The notes: generated from the letters alone by a model not told the origin. Positions 34,185 to 47,116 are shown, counted from the first letter of the stretch. The stretch: 64,000 nt of DNA from an uncultured cyanobacterium (GCA_963749915.1 CAVVOP010000005.1:160001-224000), one strand, 5' to 3'. Translations and numbers: made by a program.

Positions 34185-34230
34185 AATTTTTCACATCAAT
34201 TAATTGCTTCGTCACATTATATTTTAATCT

Positions 34231-36103
34231 TAATACTCAATATCTTCTTTATTCGCGTTTTGTACTTGCGAACTTTGCTCAAATTAAAATCTCATTGTCA
34301 ATAACTTCACCTTTAATGAGAATAAATAAACAGAGCAAATCTATCAGTTTTCTCTTCTTTATTTATGGTATTATAATTGAGAATGTTTAGACTCTTAAAT
34401 CCAATAAGTTATCCAGATAAAATATAATAATTATGACAAGAAATCGGGAAAAAACTTAAAATTAGTTTTCGTTCATTTGTTAGATTTACTATCTGTTTTA
34501 TTCCTTGATTTATTACTAAATGAATTCCCTGAAAACATTGAAATATCCATCTTAACGTTGGACGTTCCGTTAGTTTTCCTAGCTGATTTTTTATCCTCGT
34601 TTTTCTCTCCTCTAATAAGCGACGCACTTCTCTTTGCCCCAAAGAATAGACTAACAGACATAACCCCATCAACATTGCCATTGTTTCGATTCTTTTTGGG
34701 GTTTTTAAAAACACACTATCGGCAAAAAATAATGGCTCTTTCAGAAAACTAAAACCTCTTTCTGCGGCTTGTTGCTCTTTATACTTAATTAAAATTTCAT
34801 CAGAATTAAATTTACTTTTATCCAATCTATTTGTAGCTAACACAAATCTTCCTGCTCTTTTTTTTGATTCGTTTATTTTCGTTAAATCTGATTTCAAAAT
34901 AGCCGTAACTTGATAAGTTTTTCCCGATTTTTCTTCTTTCTTTTTCGATTTTTTCTTGTGATTATTTAACTCACTTTCTGTCATTTTTAGCTCGGTTATG
35001 TGATGATATTTTAAAGTCTTATTTAGTCTCACAACTGTTTCATAAGCTCCCTCTGATGAGCTAAATTCTTCCTTCATCAATTTCTTTAATATTTCTTCGG
35101 TTTTTTCTTTTTCTTTCTCTATTTTTTCCCTTAGTTTTTCTAGCTCTGATACTTTTCTTTTTTCACTTTCTACTATTAACCATCTTTGCTCAATTTCTGC
35201 ATAATTATTCCTTACTTCACACCATGAATATCCCTCTAAACTACTTGGAGTCAAATCAGATTCTGATAGTTCTGAAACTAAATTTTTTGCCTCTTTTATT
35301 GATAGTGGAACTCTCGATAACCATTCTATTCCACTCATTAATTTCAGGTTATTTTCTGTATATAAGGCACTATCACCCACTATCATCGTCTCAAAATCTA
35401 TCATTGATTTGTATTCTTTCGCTATTTTGCCGAAAACTGCTCTATCATTTTCATTACCATCTGCTACTCTTAAAAATAGTGGAATATCACCATCACCACT
35501 CACAATTAAATCCAAAATAAATTGTTTTAAATCTGGTCTATGGTCACGGGAATAACCTTTAATTATCTTAATTGGAATTTGATTAATTAACTCTAATTCT
35601 GCATTTTCTTTGACCAAATTTTTGGTGATTTTTTCCTGACTATATTTCCCCTCTACCGCAAAAGAAGTTGAATCTAAATGAGAAAAATCTATGTTGATAT
35701 TATATTTTTTTACTGTGGCTAAAGCAATAATTAAAAATAATGAAGATAATCCTTTTTCATAAAGTTTATCCATTATTCTTCCAATTCTATCATCGTTCAA
35801 ATGCTCAGGTAGTATTCCTTTTCCGATTAAATGTTCTGTGGCTTTGTCTTTAAAAAACTGTGGAAATAGATAAAGAGGTCGAGAAATAAATCCTAATCCG
35901 TTCAGAATAATTGCTTTGACTATTTGACCTGCTGTCACGATTTCCCTCTCGTCAATACCGAGGGCATCATTAATAATTTCTTCAATGCCAATTTCATCTA
36001 TAACTCCAGCAATTAATCCTAAATGATTAATGGTTTGAACTTGTATATCTTCTGAAAGTATCATTTCCAAAATTAAATTAAAAACTGAATTTAATTATCC
36101 CTT
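34231..36103 (-). mobile_element. IS1634-family element copy 2 (intact 553 aa transposase ORF 34409-36070, both terminal IRs missing)
   Basis: HLDSTSF, GYSRDHRPDLKQ, VGDSALY, ERGFSFLK; near-identical to the copy at 44575-46673. Confidence 0.92.
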
Positions 36104-37385
36104 CTGAGGGGGCGACAATGAAGCTAAACAGACGATTCTATAAGGGATTGAACATGCTAATCTGGATAAAGATAAGATATTTTCAGTTTTTATATTAATT
36201 GCCATAGAAAAAAATGTTTCAACTTCCTCAATATTATCAGGATAATTTAAAAAAGCAGTTTAATTTACCTCAATATTTAACTCTTTGTATTTTAGTTAAC
36301 TTACTTCAAAATCTTAAAACTGTCAGGTTAGAAGAAATGGCAAAACGTTTTCCTTATCCGATTAAATTAAGAAGTAGAATTAAAAAGTTACAACGATTTC
36401 TGAGTCTGGAAAATTGGAAAATTGAAACTATATGGTTTCCGATTTTAAAATCAGGGATTATTAATCAATGGGAATCAAAAAAAGTGATTTATTTAGTCAT
36501 AGATAGAACACAGTGGCAAAATATTAATATATTGATGGTAAGTTTAGTTTATAATCAACGAGCTATTCCTATATATTTTACATTACTAGATAAAAAAGGA
36601 AGCAGTAATTTATCGGAACAAAAACAAGTATTAGAACCAAGTATCAATTTATTAATTGAATATAAAATAATCGTTTTAGGAGATAGGGAGTTTTGCTCTG
36701 TGGATTTAGCAAAGTGGTTATCAGTAGAGAAACAGGTTTATTTATCTCTACGTTTAAAAAAGAGTGAATATGTGGAGTTAGAAACTGATATATGGTTTCA
36801 ATTAAGTGAATTAGGTTTATGTCCAGGATTCTCGGTATATTATCAAGGAATAAAAGTAACAAAAACCAAGGGATTTTCAGGAATTAATTTAGCCGCAAAG
36901 TGGAAAAGAAATTATGGTCATAAATCTAGCAAAGAACCATGGTTTATTTTAACAAATTTAGAAAATATGTCGGAAACAATCTCCGCTTATTCCAAAAGAA
37001 TGGGGATTGAAGAAATGTTTAGAGATTTGAAATTAGGCGGATATAATTTAGAGAGTACAAAGATGGAAAATGAACGACTAATTTCTTTAATTATACTAAT
37101 AACATTAGCCTATAGCTATTCAACATTTATAGGGGAAGAAATTAAAAGAAAAGGAATAAGTGAATATTTAGTTCGTCCGACAGAAAAAGGAAGAAGATAT
37201 AAAAGAAATAGTGATTTTTCTATTGGTTTAAATGCCATAAAATGGCTAAGTGAAATCTGCTTTTTCCAAGAACAATTGGAAGAATTAACCTCTTTATTTC
37301 CTCAGAAACACTCTTATTATCGTCAAGGTATGAGAGCTATTTCCCTTATCCAATCTGCGTTATGAATGCGTTGTCGCCCCCTCAG
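36104..37385 (+). mobile_element. IS4-family insertion sequence, 1282 bp, with intact transposase 36214-37365
   Basis: Perfect 15-bp IRs CTGAGGGGGCGACAA / TTGTCGCCCCCTCAG; DDE motifs VIDRTQW, LGDREF and Y..RMGIEEMFRDLK. Confidence 0.92.
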
Positions 37386-38092
37386 ATTAAATCCTCATTC
37401 CTAACAATTTCATTAGATATCGTACCTGGTTTAATTACCCCAGGCCAGCGCACAAAACAGGGAACCCTGAATGCACCTTCTCAGTTAGAATCTTTTTCAT
37501 TACGAAAGGGAGTCATACCACCGTCAGGCCAAGAGTTCATGTGAGGGCCATTGTCAGTACCATAAATAACGATTGTATTGTCTGCAATGCCCATATCATC
37601 GAGCTTTTGGAGCAAAGCCCCGACAAGTTTATCATGGTCGATCATGACATCATGATATTCTGATTGCCAACGTCCCGACTGCCCTAAACTCTCAGGTTTG
37701 GCATGGGTGCGGAAGTGCATATGAGAAGTATTAAACGATAATAAAAAGGGATTGTCTTCTGCTGCTTTGCGGTCTAGCCATTCTGAGGTTGCCTCAAAAA
37801 CCTCATCATCAATGGTTTCCATGCACTTTTTGGTGAGAGGTCCCGTATCTTCAATACGACCATCGGCATAGGAGTGCAAAACACTACGAGGGGCAAAGTG
37901 TTCGCGGAAATTGGGAAAATCTTTTTCGGGAGGATAATCCCGTAATTCCGGTTCTTCACAAGTGTTCAGGTGATACAAAAAGCCAAAAAATTCATCAAAA
38001 CCATGTTGGGTAGGCAGAAACTTGTCCTTATCTCCAAAGTGATTTTTACCAAATTGACCCGTAGCATAACCCAAGGGTTTTAATAGTTTTGC
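37386..38092 (-). pseudogene. Arylsulfatase internal fragment
   Basis: GYATGQFGKNH, HGFDEFFG, NTIVIYGTDNG, then N*EGAFRVPCFVRWPG (TGA where Trp is expected); both ends missing. Confidence 0.85.
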
Positions 38093-38239
38093 ATTTTTCG
38101 GTAAAATAGGCGAAAAGGATTGAAAGTTAATGCTTTTATCTACTGTGACAGTTTTAGTGATTTTTGCTAATTGTTACACTTATTTTCCCTATTTTTTATG
38201 TCAGAATCTCCCAATCCTGATAATTGGGCAGAAATTTAT

Positions 38240-39670
38240 TCACAACATCTTTATTGATTGATATAATTGTTTAAACTTCCGTTGTTGTTGATTATGATCG
38301 ACAATGGGTAAAGGATAACCACAACTTTGTGCATCGAGAGGAGAAATTTTTCCAGTTACTAAATCCTCCGTATCTAAATAGCTAATTTCTGGCAACCATC
38401 GACGAATATACTCCGCCTCTCCATCAATTTTTTGGGACTGAGACCCAGGATTAAATATCCTTAAGGGTTTAGCATCCATACCACTAGACGCACTCCATTG
38501 CCAACCGCCATTATTAGAAGCTAAATCCCCGTCATAGAGTTTCTGCATAAAATATTTTTCTCCCCGACGCCAATCAATAATTAAGTCTTTTGTGAGAAAA
38601 CTAGCTACAATCATCCGACAACGGTTGTGCATCCATCCTATTTCATTTAACTGACGCATGGCCGCATCAACTATTGGATAACCTGTTTTTCCTTCACACC
38701 ATGCTTGAAAAAATTTCTCGTTATTTTCCCAAGGAAAATGTTTAAATTGTTGTCGATAAGCACCTTTTTCTAACTCAGGGAAAAAATACAAACAATGTTG
38801 ATAAAATTCTCGCCATGCTAATTCCTTTTGCCATGCAATAATATTCCCTCTGGCTTCCTCACTTCGGCAGTTCTCTAACTCTATTTGTGTATATTGCCAT
38901 AAAGTTCGAGGACCAATGGCACCAAATTTGATAGCCGCACTTAATTGTGATGTACCATCAATACAAGGATAGTTTCGATTCTCATTATAATCAGATAATT
39001 GATAACGACAAAAATATTCTAGTCTTTCCTGAGCAGCAGTCTCCCCTGGCGTCAGTAATAATTCGTTATCCCATGTAAAACCCAAATCCTCAAGACTCGG
39101 TAACGGTACCAAGCCGATATTCATGGCGATGTCATATTCCTCGGCGGTGAAAGGAGATAAACGAGAAGAAGAATTGACAGGTTTGAGTTTTACTTGTTGT
39201 GACCAATTACGCCAAAAAGGAGTATAAATCCTATAGGGAGTATTGGTTTTCGATAAAATTTTCCCCGGTGCATGTAGTAACTGATCCCAAAATGTCTCAA
39301 CTTTGATATTCTTAGCTTTTAATGTCTCTAGTAATATATTATCTCTTTGACGGGAAAAAGGTTCAACATCCAAATTCCAGTAAACCCCCTCCGCTTTTAA
39401 CTCCTCTGCCAATGGGGGGATAATAGTTAAAGGTGAGTCGCGAAAAATTAATAAATCACTGCCTAATTTTTGATAATTTTCTCGTAATTCCACTAAACAT
39501 CCTAGAAGATATTTTACTCTTGCAGGAGCAATATCATCTCCTTTTAAAATAGTGGGATCTAAACAAAACAAACCTACTATTTTTTGACTTTTTTTCCTAG
39601 CAGAAGCTAAGCCGATATTATCCTTAATTCTTAAGTCTCGACGATGCCAAAAAACTATTAAATCACTCAT
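38240..39670 (-). CDS. phrA: Deoxyribodipyrimidine photolyase (class I CPD)
   Basis: FWHRRDLRIKDN, TSQLSA, ELAWREFY, GYPIVDAAMRQL, GWMHNRCRMIVASFL. Confidence 0.92.
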   Translation of the reverse strand: MSDLIVFWHRRDLRIKDNIGLASARKKSQKIVGLFCLDPTILKGDDIAPARVKYLLGCLVELRENYQKLGSDLLIFRDSPLTIIPPLAEELKAEGVYWNLDVEPFSRQRDNILLETLKAKNIKVETFWDQLLHAPGKILSKTNTPYRIYTPFWRNWSQQVKLKPVNSSSRLSPFTAEEYDIAMNIGLVPLPSLEDLGFTWDNELLLTPGETAAQERLEYFCRYQLSDYNENRNYPCIDGTSQLSAAIKFGAIGPRTLWQYTQIELENCRSEEARGNIIAWQKELAWREFYQHCLYFFPELEKGAYRQQFKHFPWENNEKFFQAWCEGKTGYPIVDAAMRQLNEIGWMHNRCRMIVASFLTKDLIIDWRRGEKYFMQKLYDGDLASNNGGWQWSASSGMDAKPLRIFNPGSQSQKIDGEAEYIRRWLPEISYLDTEDLVTGKISPLDAQSCGYPLPIVDHNQQQRKFKQLYQSIKML

Positions 39671-39978
39671 TATTTTTACGATAGGTTGAATAGAGCAGCC
39701 CTTTTAATGTGTTATTTTGCAGTACAAAAAATATCCTTCTTTTGTCACTTTTCGTTTTTTCCTACTATTAATAGTTTTTGCAACCCTTGAAAATCACAGC
39801 AACAAACATACTATAATTTATTTTTGTGGATTTGAAGAGATTTTTTATTTTATACTGGGAAATAATCGGGGGATCGCCCTTAAACAAAAACTTTTCCATC
39901 TACTGATATTATCTCTACTATCCAATAAATTTCACCGTCACTACTCCGAGGGATTGGAGTTTTCTCACGATTTTGCCA

Positions 39979-40872
39979 TTAAGGCAAAGTCATCAACCAT
40001 ATGAGAAAGGGAAGGGTTGCAAAACTCATCAGTGTAGAAATAATAATCGTTCTGGCTACCATTACAGTATTCCCTCCAAATTCTTTAATCATAATCACCG
40101 AACTTACCGCCGTCGGCATCGCTGTTTGTAAAGTTAATACTTGTAAATCTAATCCTTCTAAACCGACTAATTTTCCTGTACTATAAGCTATAATCGGGGC
40201 GATCACCAATCTTCCCACCGTAGCGGTAAACTCCCGGACACCAAACTCAAATTTAGTTTTACTCAACTGCATTCCTAAAATAATTAAAGCAACAGGAATA
40301 GCAGAAATTCCCAACCATTCCAAACTTTTTCCCATATTAAAAGGCAATGTTACTTTAGTGAAGTGTAAAGTCATTCCCAATAACATCGACCAAATTAAAG
40401 GTAACTTCCATGTTAATTTTAAACTTCTCATCAAACTATCACCCTTCAAGATGGCGGGCAACATTCCAAATAAGACGACACTAGAAAAAATCATGTAAAT
40501 TACCGCTCTTTCTAAGCCCTCATTTCCTAAAGAAAAAGCAATAATTGACAGCCCCATATTACCATTGTTCGGACAAAGGCTAATGGCTAACAAACCTTTA
40601 TCATCATCGGCGGATAATTTGAGCAATCGACTAACTATCACCACGCCACCATAAATAATTACAGTGGTGAAAATATATCCTAGAAGTAACCTTAAAGCTG
40701 CATCCGTAGATACCGTCGTGCGATAAAAACTATCAACTACTAACGCCGGTGCTAAAATATAAACGCTAATTTGAGATAAAGTTGATTGATCTAATTTTAA
40801 AGTTTTATTGGCAATATAACCCATAGCGATAACTAACGCTACTGGCAACACCGAAGATAATATGATATTCAC
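39979..40872 (-). CDS. AEC (auxin efflux carrier) family transporter
   Basis: Multiple TM segments, PNNGNMGL, AIPVALIILG, AMPTA. Confidence 0.85.
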   Translation of the reverse strand: MNIILSSVLPVALVIAMGYIANKTLKLDQSTLSQISVYILAPALVVDSFYRTTVSTDAALRLLLGYIFTTVIIYGGVVIVSRLLKLSADDDKGLLAISLCPNNGNMGLSIIAFSLGNEGLERAVIYMIFSSVVLFGMLPAILKGDSLMRSLKLTWKLPLIWSMLLGMTLHFTKVTLPFNMGKSLEWLGISAIPVALIILGMQLSKTKFEFGVREFTATVGRLVIAPIIAYSTGKLVGLEGLDLQVLTLQTAMPTAVSSVIMIKEFGGNTVMVARTIIISTLMSFATLPFLIWLMTLP

Positions 40873-40911
40873 GACTTAACAAATTAACAACAATGAACAA
40901 CTAAATTTCTT

Positions 40912-41022
40912 CTAGTGGTGAAGTGCGTAAATGAAATGGGAGTTTAAAATTCTCGTAAGTACCGAAAATTAAAGGTTTTTCATTCTACATTCTACATTCT
41001 TAATTCTGCATTCTACCACTAG
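40912..41022 (+). mobile_element. ~110-bp MITE-like dispersed repeat, copy 1
   Basis: Ends ctagtggt...accactag; homologous to the reverse complement of 57884-57994. Confidence 0.75.
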
Positions 41023-41053
41023 TCTCCTAGTTTATCTTTTCTGAGTTCTGAAC

Positions 41054-42202
41054 TCATGTCCGACGATAACTCATGCCAGGTAATTGAGTTATTAAACCAT
41101 CTAATTCTAGTTGTAATAAAATTCCCGAAACTTCTCCACTATTTAAGGAGCTTTTTTCCACAATCGCATCAAAAACCGTGGGGTTGACGTCGATGGCTTC
41201 ATAAACTAATCTAAAACTAGAGGATAAAGTGGTTTCTTCCGTTGTCTTTTTTGCGGTAGAGGGGGAAGAAGCTGAAAATAACGATAATTGTTGCCCTTGA
41301 TCCAAACTGGGAATTACACCTAAACTAGATAATAATTCTTCTTCAGTGATAATCACCTCCGCCCCATTGTGAATTAACCGTAAACATCCCCTTGCCTGAA
41401 CATTATCAGGAGTGTTCGGCAAGGTATAAACATCCCGATTAAATTCATTAGCGTAACGAGCAGTAATTAACGCCCCTGATTTTTCCGGTGCTTCCATAAC
41501 TAAAACCGCCCGACATAACCCTGCAACGATACGATTACGAGCAGGAAAATTGCCCCTTTCTGGTGGGCTTCCATACTCATACTCTGTCAAAATTAATCCT
41601 TTTTCTTCAATTTCTGTCATTAATGGACGATTGCTTGATGGATACGCCCTATCAAGTCCATTTCCGAGGATTGCGATTGTTCTACCCCCACCATCCAAAC
41701 AACCACGATGTGCCGCTGTGTCAATCCCTTCTGCTAAACCGGATACCACCGTAAAACCATTTTCCCCTAAAGCCTTACTAATATTGTATGCCCATCTTCT
41801 GCCATGTTCTGTGGGTTGTCTTGTACCAACAATGCCAATTAAGGGAGTTATGCCTTGATTTTCCGCTTTTTTCATTTCCCCCTTATAGTATAAAATGGCA
41901 GGAGGGCTAGGAATTTCTAATAATAATTGAGGATATTCTGCCTCGTTAGGAGTCCAAAAGTTAGGATTTTTTTCAAGATGTTTTAAAAATAGTTTTTCAG
42001 GCTCAATTTTATTTTTTTCTTCTTGAATTAGGTTACATATTTTTTTGCCGATGCCGTCAATTGTCATTAATTCCTGTGTGGATAATTCCCATGCCTCTTG
42101 TAAACTGGGAAAACGATCGTACATTTTTTTGAGAGAAACCGCCCCAATACCTTTTATTTTTGACCATGCTAACCAGTAAATTTTTTCTTTATCTTCTATC
42201 AT
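41054..42202 (-). CDS. dprA: DNA-processing protein DprA
   Basis: IGIVGTR, VSGLAEGIDTAAH, FPARNRIVAGL, KSGALITA, C-terminal winged helix LLQLELDG. Confidence 0.95.
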   Translation of the reverse strand: MIEDKEKIYWLAWSKIKGIGAVSLKKMYDRFPSLQEAWELSTQELMTIDGIGKKICNLIQEEKNKIEPEKLFLKHLEKNPNFWTPNEAEYPQLLLEIPSPPAILYYKGEMKKAENQGITPLIGIVGTRQPTEHGRRWAYNISKALGENGFTVVSGLAEGIDTAAHRGCLDGGGRTIAILGNGLDRAYPSSNRPLMTEIEEKGLILTEYEYGSPPERGNFPARNRIVAGLCRAVLVMEAPEKSGALITARYANEFNRDVYTLPNTPDNVQARGCLRLIHNGAEVIITEEELLSSLGVIPSLDQGQQLSLFSASSPSTAKKTTEETTLSSSFRLVYEAIDVNPTVFDAIVEKSSLNSGEVSGILLQLELDGLITQLPGMSYRRT

Positions 42203-42334
42203 AAAATCTCACAATTATTGTAGATAGTATGCTTATCTAATAACCTAAGTGTTCTTTTGGGAAATCTTCTTGACAATGTTTATTATAATTATAGTGAGTT
42301 TTTAAAATCTGTTCCGTCTAACATTGCCGAGGGT

Positions 42335-42883
42335 GTGCGACCCGTTGGTTGAAATGAGTAGAAATACTCAGGGAAAACCGCAAGAAAATAGAAGGGTGAC
42401 TAACCCGACTGAACCTTGACAACTTGATAACCATGAAGGTGTAAGTCCTTCCCTCCAAGTGCAGGAGTGACAGCACTTTCCCCACAACTTAATCTAGCAA
42501 ATTAAGAGGTGAAGCGGGAATGAACGGCGGTAACTGGTAGCCTAAAACTGGAATCCCGTCTAGAAAGATCCAGTGTTGCCCAAATTGGGGTAATTCATAA
42601 GCTAAATCCCATCATTAGAGGATGGTCAAACTACTACAGTCCAGTGGTCAGCAAAGAGATATTTACTAAACTAGACCATCTCATTGTACAAAGACTAATT
42701 ACATGGGGAAGAAGCCGACATCCAAACAAAGGAATTCATTGGGTAATCAGAAGGTACTTTAAATACAAAGGGAATAATCCCTGGTCTTTCGCAACCAGTG
42801 AAAAAGGACTCCGAAACGAGATTGTACACTTAGCCACACATAAGGAAACCCCGATTGATGGATATTGTTTAACGAAAAATTAG
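42335..42883 (+). mobile_element. Group II intron remnant (5' ribozyme domain joined to maturase domain X; RT core and domains V/VI missing)
   Basis: 5' consensus GTGCG at 42335 followed by a IIB-like domain I sequence, then KLNPIIRGWSNYY...IFTKLD...WGRSRHPNKG..WVIRRYF. Confidence 0.82.
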
Positions 42884-43313
42884 ATGTTTGAGAAAATTGA
42901 AAATCAATTTTCAGGGTGTTTTAATACCATACGGAAACTTTTCAAACAGCTTCTAAAGTTAGATATTTGAAGGATAAAATCCTTACTTACAGTCAGTTTC
43001 TTGCTTTACTTATTGAGGAAAATTGTTGCCAATTTTGAATTTCTCCGTCAGAAGTTATTCACTGACTTAATTAATAATACACTTAATTAATAATACTTAA
43101 CAAATTCATTATGTAGTTAGCAAGGTAAACAATGTATCTCACAATTGTGGGCAACGCTTTATTGACACAATAACCTTATTTTATGGTATTCTCAGAAAGT
43201 TAATGTTGCTCAGTTATTATTTAAGTTAAGTCTGAAACAAGATACTGAGAAATTTAATATAATCCTGTTAAACAAACTACCATAATTAAGCAAAAGATTA
43301 GCGAGCTTCTGTT

Positions 43314-44406
43314 TTGATGCCAATCTTTAATAACTCTTTTTTTCGTCGATTTTTAGCTCTCTGGAAAGTACTCACATCTAGTTGGCGGATTTATCTAGAA
43401 AAACCTGTTCCTCTTGATGAATTGCAACAATCCCGCGAAGCTGCTTCTATTCCTTCCTTTGGTTTCTTTTTCCTCTTGATTTCTGCTACGGTAATTGCCA
43501 CTTTAGGATTAATCTCAAATAGTACGGCAGTGATTATTGGTGCCATGATTGTTGCTCCTTTAATGAATCCCATTTTGAGTATGGCTTTTGGGATTGTTAC
43601 CGGCAATTGGACTTTGTATAAGCAATCGCTGGTTACAGTTGCCTTGGGAGCGGCGTCTACTGTATTCGTCTCTTCTCTATTTAGTGCATTGATCCCAGTA
43701 GATGCTGTGGGTTCAGAAGTTATCGCCCGAACTCGCCCCAATTTAATCGATTTGGGAATTGCCATTGCTGCCGGAGCCGCTGGCTCATTTTCTTTAACTC
43801 GAAAAAGTATTGCCAGTTCTATTGCTGGAGTTGCCATTGCCGTTGCCCTGGTTCCGCCTTTGTGTGTCACGGGAATTGGCTTGGGAATCGGCAAAGAAAT
43901 GGTGGCACATATTGATACAGTGGCTATCAGTTATTTAGATGTATCCGCTGGAGCTTTTTTACTATTTATTGTTAACTTAGCGGGAATTACTTTTACTGCT
44001 TGTCTGGTTTTTCTGTCTCAATCCTATGGTAGTTTGAACAAGGCATTTCAAACGATCTCTGATTTGGTTGTTAATTATTGGTTTGTTATGTGGGCCGCTC
44101 ACGAGTTCCATGAAAGAAATCATCGTAACCAATGAAGTTCAGGTGCAAATGCGCAAATTGAGAGAAGAACACCCGGAAATTGTTCAACAAGCTCAAAATC
44201 GGTATCTTTATGTCAGGCTAGAAGGTACCACTGCTTACGTAGAAATTGTGACGATCGCACCAGAAGGATTACTGACAGATGAATATTTAAAGTCAGGAGA
44301 AAAAAGGGTTTTCGATGCTCTTACGAAAATGGGCGTTAAATCTATCGATTTAGTGATCAAAATAGTTCCCGTGGAGATTAAAGAGTATAAAGCGATTAAA
44401 AAATAA
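43314..44406 (+). CDS. DUF389 membrane protein with an apparent frameshift near 44055
   Basis: IATLGLISNSTAVIIGAMIVAPLMNPI, RTRPNLIDL, GVAIAVALVPPL; continues in ORF 44068-44406. Confidence 0.85.
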
Positions 44407-44574
44407 TAGCCTTATTTTAAAACTTTTTCTCTTAGGAATGGATACAGAATAATACCGGAAAATTGAGAAAATTGTGTTTGATTAGTGCTCTTCTGGAACT
44501 TTCGGAAAACTTTTGCCATTTCTAAATTCTAAACGTTTTGTCTGGAAAGCGATTGCTCGGTTATTGACTAATAA

Positions 44575-46673
44575 CCCACATTCCGCACGTCAAACTGTAT
44601 AAATTCAGATTACGAGGTTAGAAGTTGAACAGTGATTGACTACGACAAGAAATACTCGGTGATTAGTTCTCTAGCTTATCAAGAGAACTCAGATAAATTA
44701 GTAGAAAAATGAGCAACGTTTAAGGGATAATTAAATTCAGTTTTTAATTTAATTTTGGAAATGATGTTTTCAGAAGATATACAAGTTCAAACCATTAATC
44801 ATTTAGGATTAATTGCTGGAGTTATAGATGAAATTGGCATTGAAGAAATTATTAACGATGCCCTCGGTATTGACGAGAGGGAAATCGTGACAGCAGGTCA
44901 AATAGTCAAAGCAATTATTCTGAACGGATTAGGATTTATTTCTCGACCTCTTTATCTATTTCCACAGTTTTTTAAAGACAAAGCCACAGAACATTTAATC
45001 GGAAAAGGAATACTACCTGAGCATTTGAATGATGATAGAATTGGAAGAATAATGGATGAACTTTATGAGAAAGGATTATCTCCATTATTTTTAATTATTG
45101 CTTTAGCCACAGTAAAAAAATATGACATCAACATCAATTTTTCCCATTTGGATTCAACATCTTTTGCAGTAGAGGGGAAATATAGTCAGGAAAAAATCAC
45201 CAAAAATTTGGTCAAAGAAAATGCAGAATTAGAGTTAATTAATCAAATTCCAATTAAGATAATTAAAGGTTATTCCCGTGACCATAGACCAGATTTAAAA
45301 CAATTTATTTTGGATTTAATTGTGAGTGGTGATGGTGATATTCCACTATTTTTAAGAGTAGCAGATGGTAATGAAAATGATAGAGCAGTTTTCGGCAAAA
45401 TAGCGAAAGAATACAAATCAATGATAGATTTTGAGACGATGATAGTGGGTGATAGTGCCTTATATACAGAAAATAACCTGAAATTAATGAGTGGAATAGA
45501 ATGGTTATCGAGAGTTCCACTATCAATAAAAGAGGCAAAAAATTTAGTTTCAGAACTATCAGAATCTGATTTGACTCCAAGTAGTTTAGAGGGATATTTA
45601 TGGTGTGAAGTAAGGAATAATTATGCAGAAATTGAGCAAAGATGGTTAATAGTAGAAAGTGAAAAAAGAAAAGTATCAGAGCTAGAAAAACTAAGGGAAA
45701 AAATAGAGAAAGAAAAAGAAAAAACCGAAGAAATATTAAAGAAATTGATGAAAGAAGAATTTAGCTCATCAGAGGGAGCTTATGAAACAGTTGTGAGACT
45801 AAATAAGACTTTAAAATATCATCACATAACCGAGCTAAAAATGACAGAAAGTGAGTTAAATAATCACAAGAAAAAATCGAAAAAGAAAGAAGAAAAATCG
45901 GGAAAAACTTATCAAGTTACGGCTATTTTGAAATCAGATTTAACGAAAATAAACGAATCAAAAAAAAGAGCAGGAAGATTTGTGTTAGCTACAAATAGAT
46001 TGGATAAAAGTAAATTTAATTCTGATGAAATTTTAATTAAGTATAAAGAGCAACAAGCCGCAGAAAGAGGTTTTAGTTTTCTGAAAGATCCATTATTTTT
46101 TGCCGATAGTGTGTTTTTAAAAACCCCAAAAAGAATCGAAACAATGGCAATGTTGATGGGGTTATGTCTGTTAGTCTATTCTTTGGGGCAAAGAGAAGTG
46201 CGTCGCTTATTAAAGGAGAGAAAAACGGGGATAAAAAATCAGCTGGGAAAACTAACGGAACGTCCAACGTTAAGATGGATATTTCAATGTTTTCAGGGGA
46301 TTCATTTAGTAATAAATCAAGGAATAAAACAGATAGTAAATCTAACAAATGAACGAAAACTAATTTTAAGTTTTTTCCCAATTTCTTGTCATAATTATTA
46401 TATTTTATCTGCGATAACTTATGGGATTTAAGAGTCTAAATATTCTCAATTATAATACCATAAATAAAGAATAGAAAACTGATAGATTTGCTCTGTTTAT
46501 TTATTCTCATTAAAGGTGAAGTTATTGACAATGAGATTTTAATTTGAGCAAAGTTCGCGAGCACAAAACGCGAATAAAGAAGATATTGAGTATTATTACT
46601 TATATTTTGTCCAAAATAAGTTGCTTGGTTTTAATACTTTTATCATCTTACAAAGTGACGTGCGGAATGTGGG
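44575..46673 (+). mobile_element. IS1634-family element copy 3, full length (2099 bp), transposase 44755-46431
   Basis: 18-bp IRs CCCACATTCCGCACGTCA / TGACGTGCGGAATGTGGG; 558 aa transposase. Confidence 0.95.
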
Positions 46674-46676
46674 TTA

Positions 46677-46814
46677 GATTATTGGAATCAACGGAAAACT
46701 TTAGTAGAAATCTTTAAATATCTAGCGATGGTGGGTAAAACAATTCCCCATTGGGCAAAGGATGCGGAGGCTTCTCGGTTGTTAGCTGGTGCGGTAGAAA
46801 ATGATAGTATTTAG
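46677..46814 (+). pseudogene. C-terminal tail of a probable DUF1156 DNA-methyltransferase-like defence protein
   Basis: DYWNQRKTLVEIFKYLAMVGKTIPHWAKDAEASRLLAGAVENDSI*; family recalled from memory, not verified. Confidence 0.45.
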
Positions 46815-47116
46815 GAAATTATGAGTTACTGTAAAAATTATGAATAGTTATACTGTTAATTTTTTATCAGAAAAGGAAATAGAACAACAAAAAACGGCTT
46901 TTACTGAGATATTGCACCATCATTAAAAAACCGCAAAACCCCGATTTTTGAAAGCTAAAACCCTATTAAACTCGTTACTTTTTGCTTAAAAAATCGGGGT
47001 TTTCAAGCTGGGCGCAATATCTGAGTTTTAATGACTTGATTAAAGATTTAGGAAATTTTGAAGATGAAGAAATTAGAGCTATTTTAAGTCAAACTATCAA
47101 TAATAAAAAATCAAAT

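Noticed and set aside
39717..40004. 95-aa plus-strand ORF
   Set aside because: TTG start, AT-rich intergenic composition and no motif
42270..42295. TTGACA plus TATAAT promoter upstream of the intron
   Set aside because: Spacing is 8 bp (14 bp to TATAGT), not about 17 bp
46935..47116. N-terminal extension of the zeta-like ORF from 46982
   Set aside because: It begins inside a 15-bp inverted repeat (46935-47003); the P-loop domain starts at 47117
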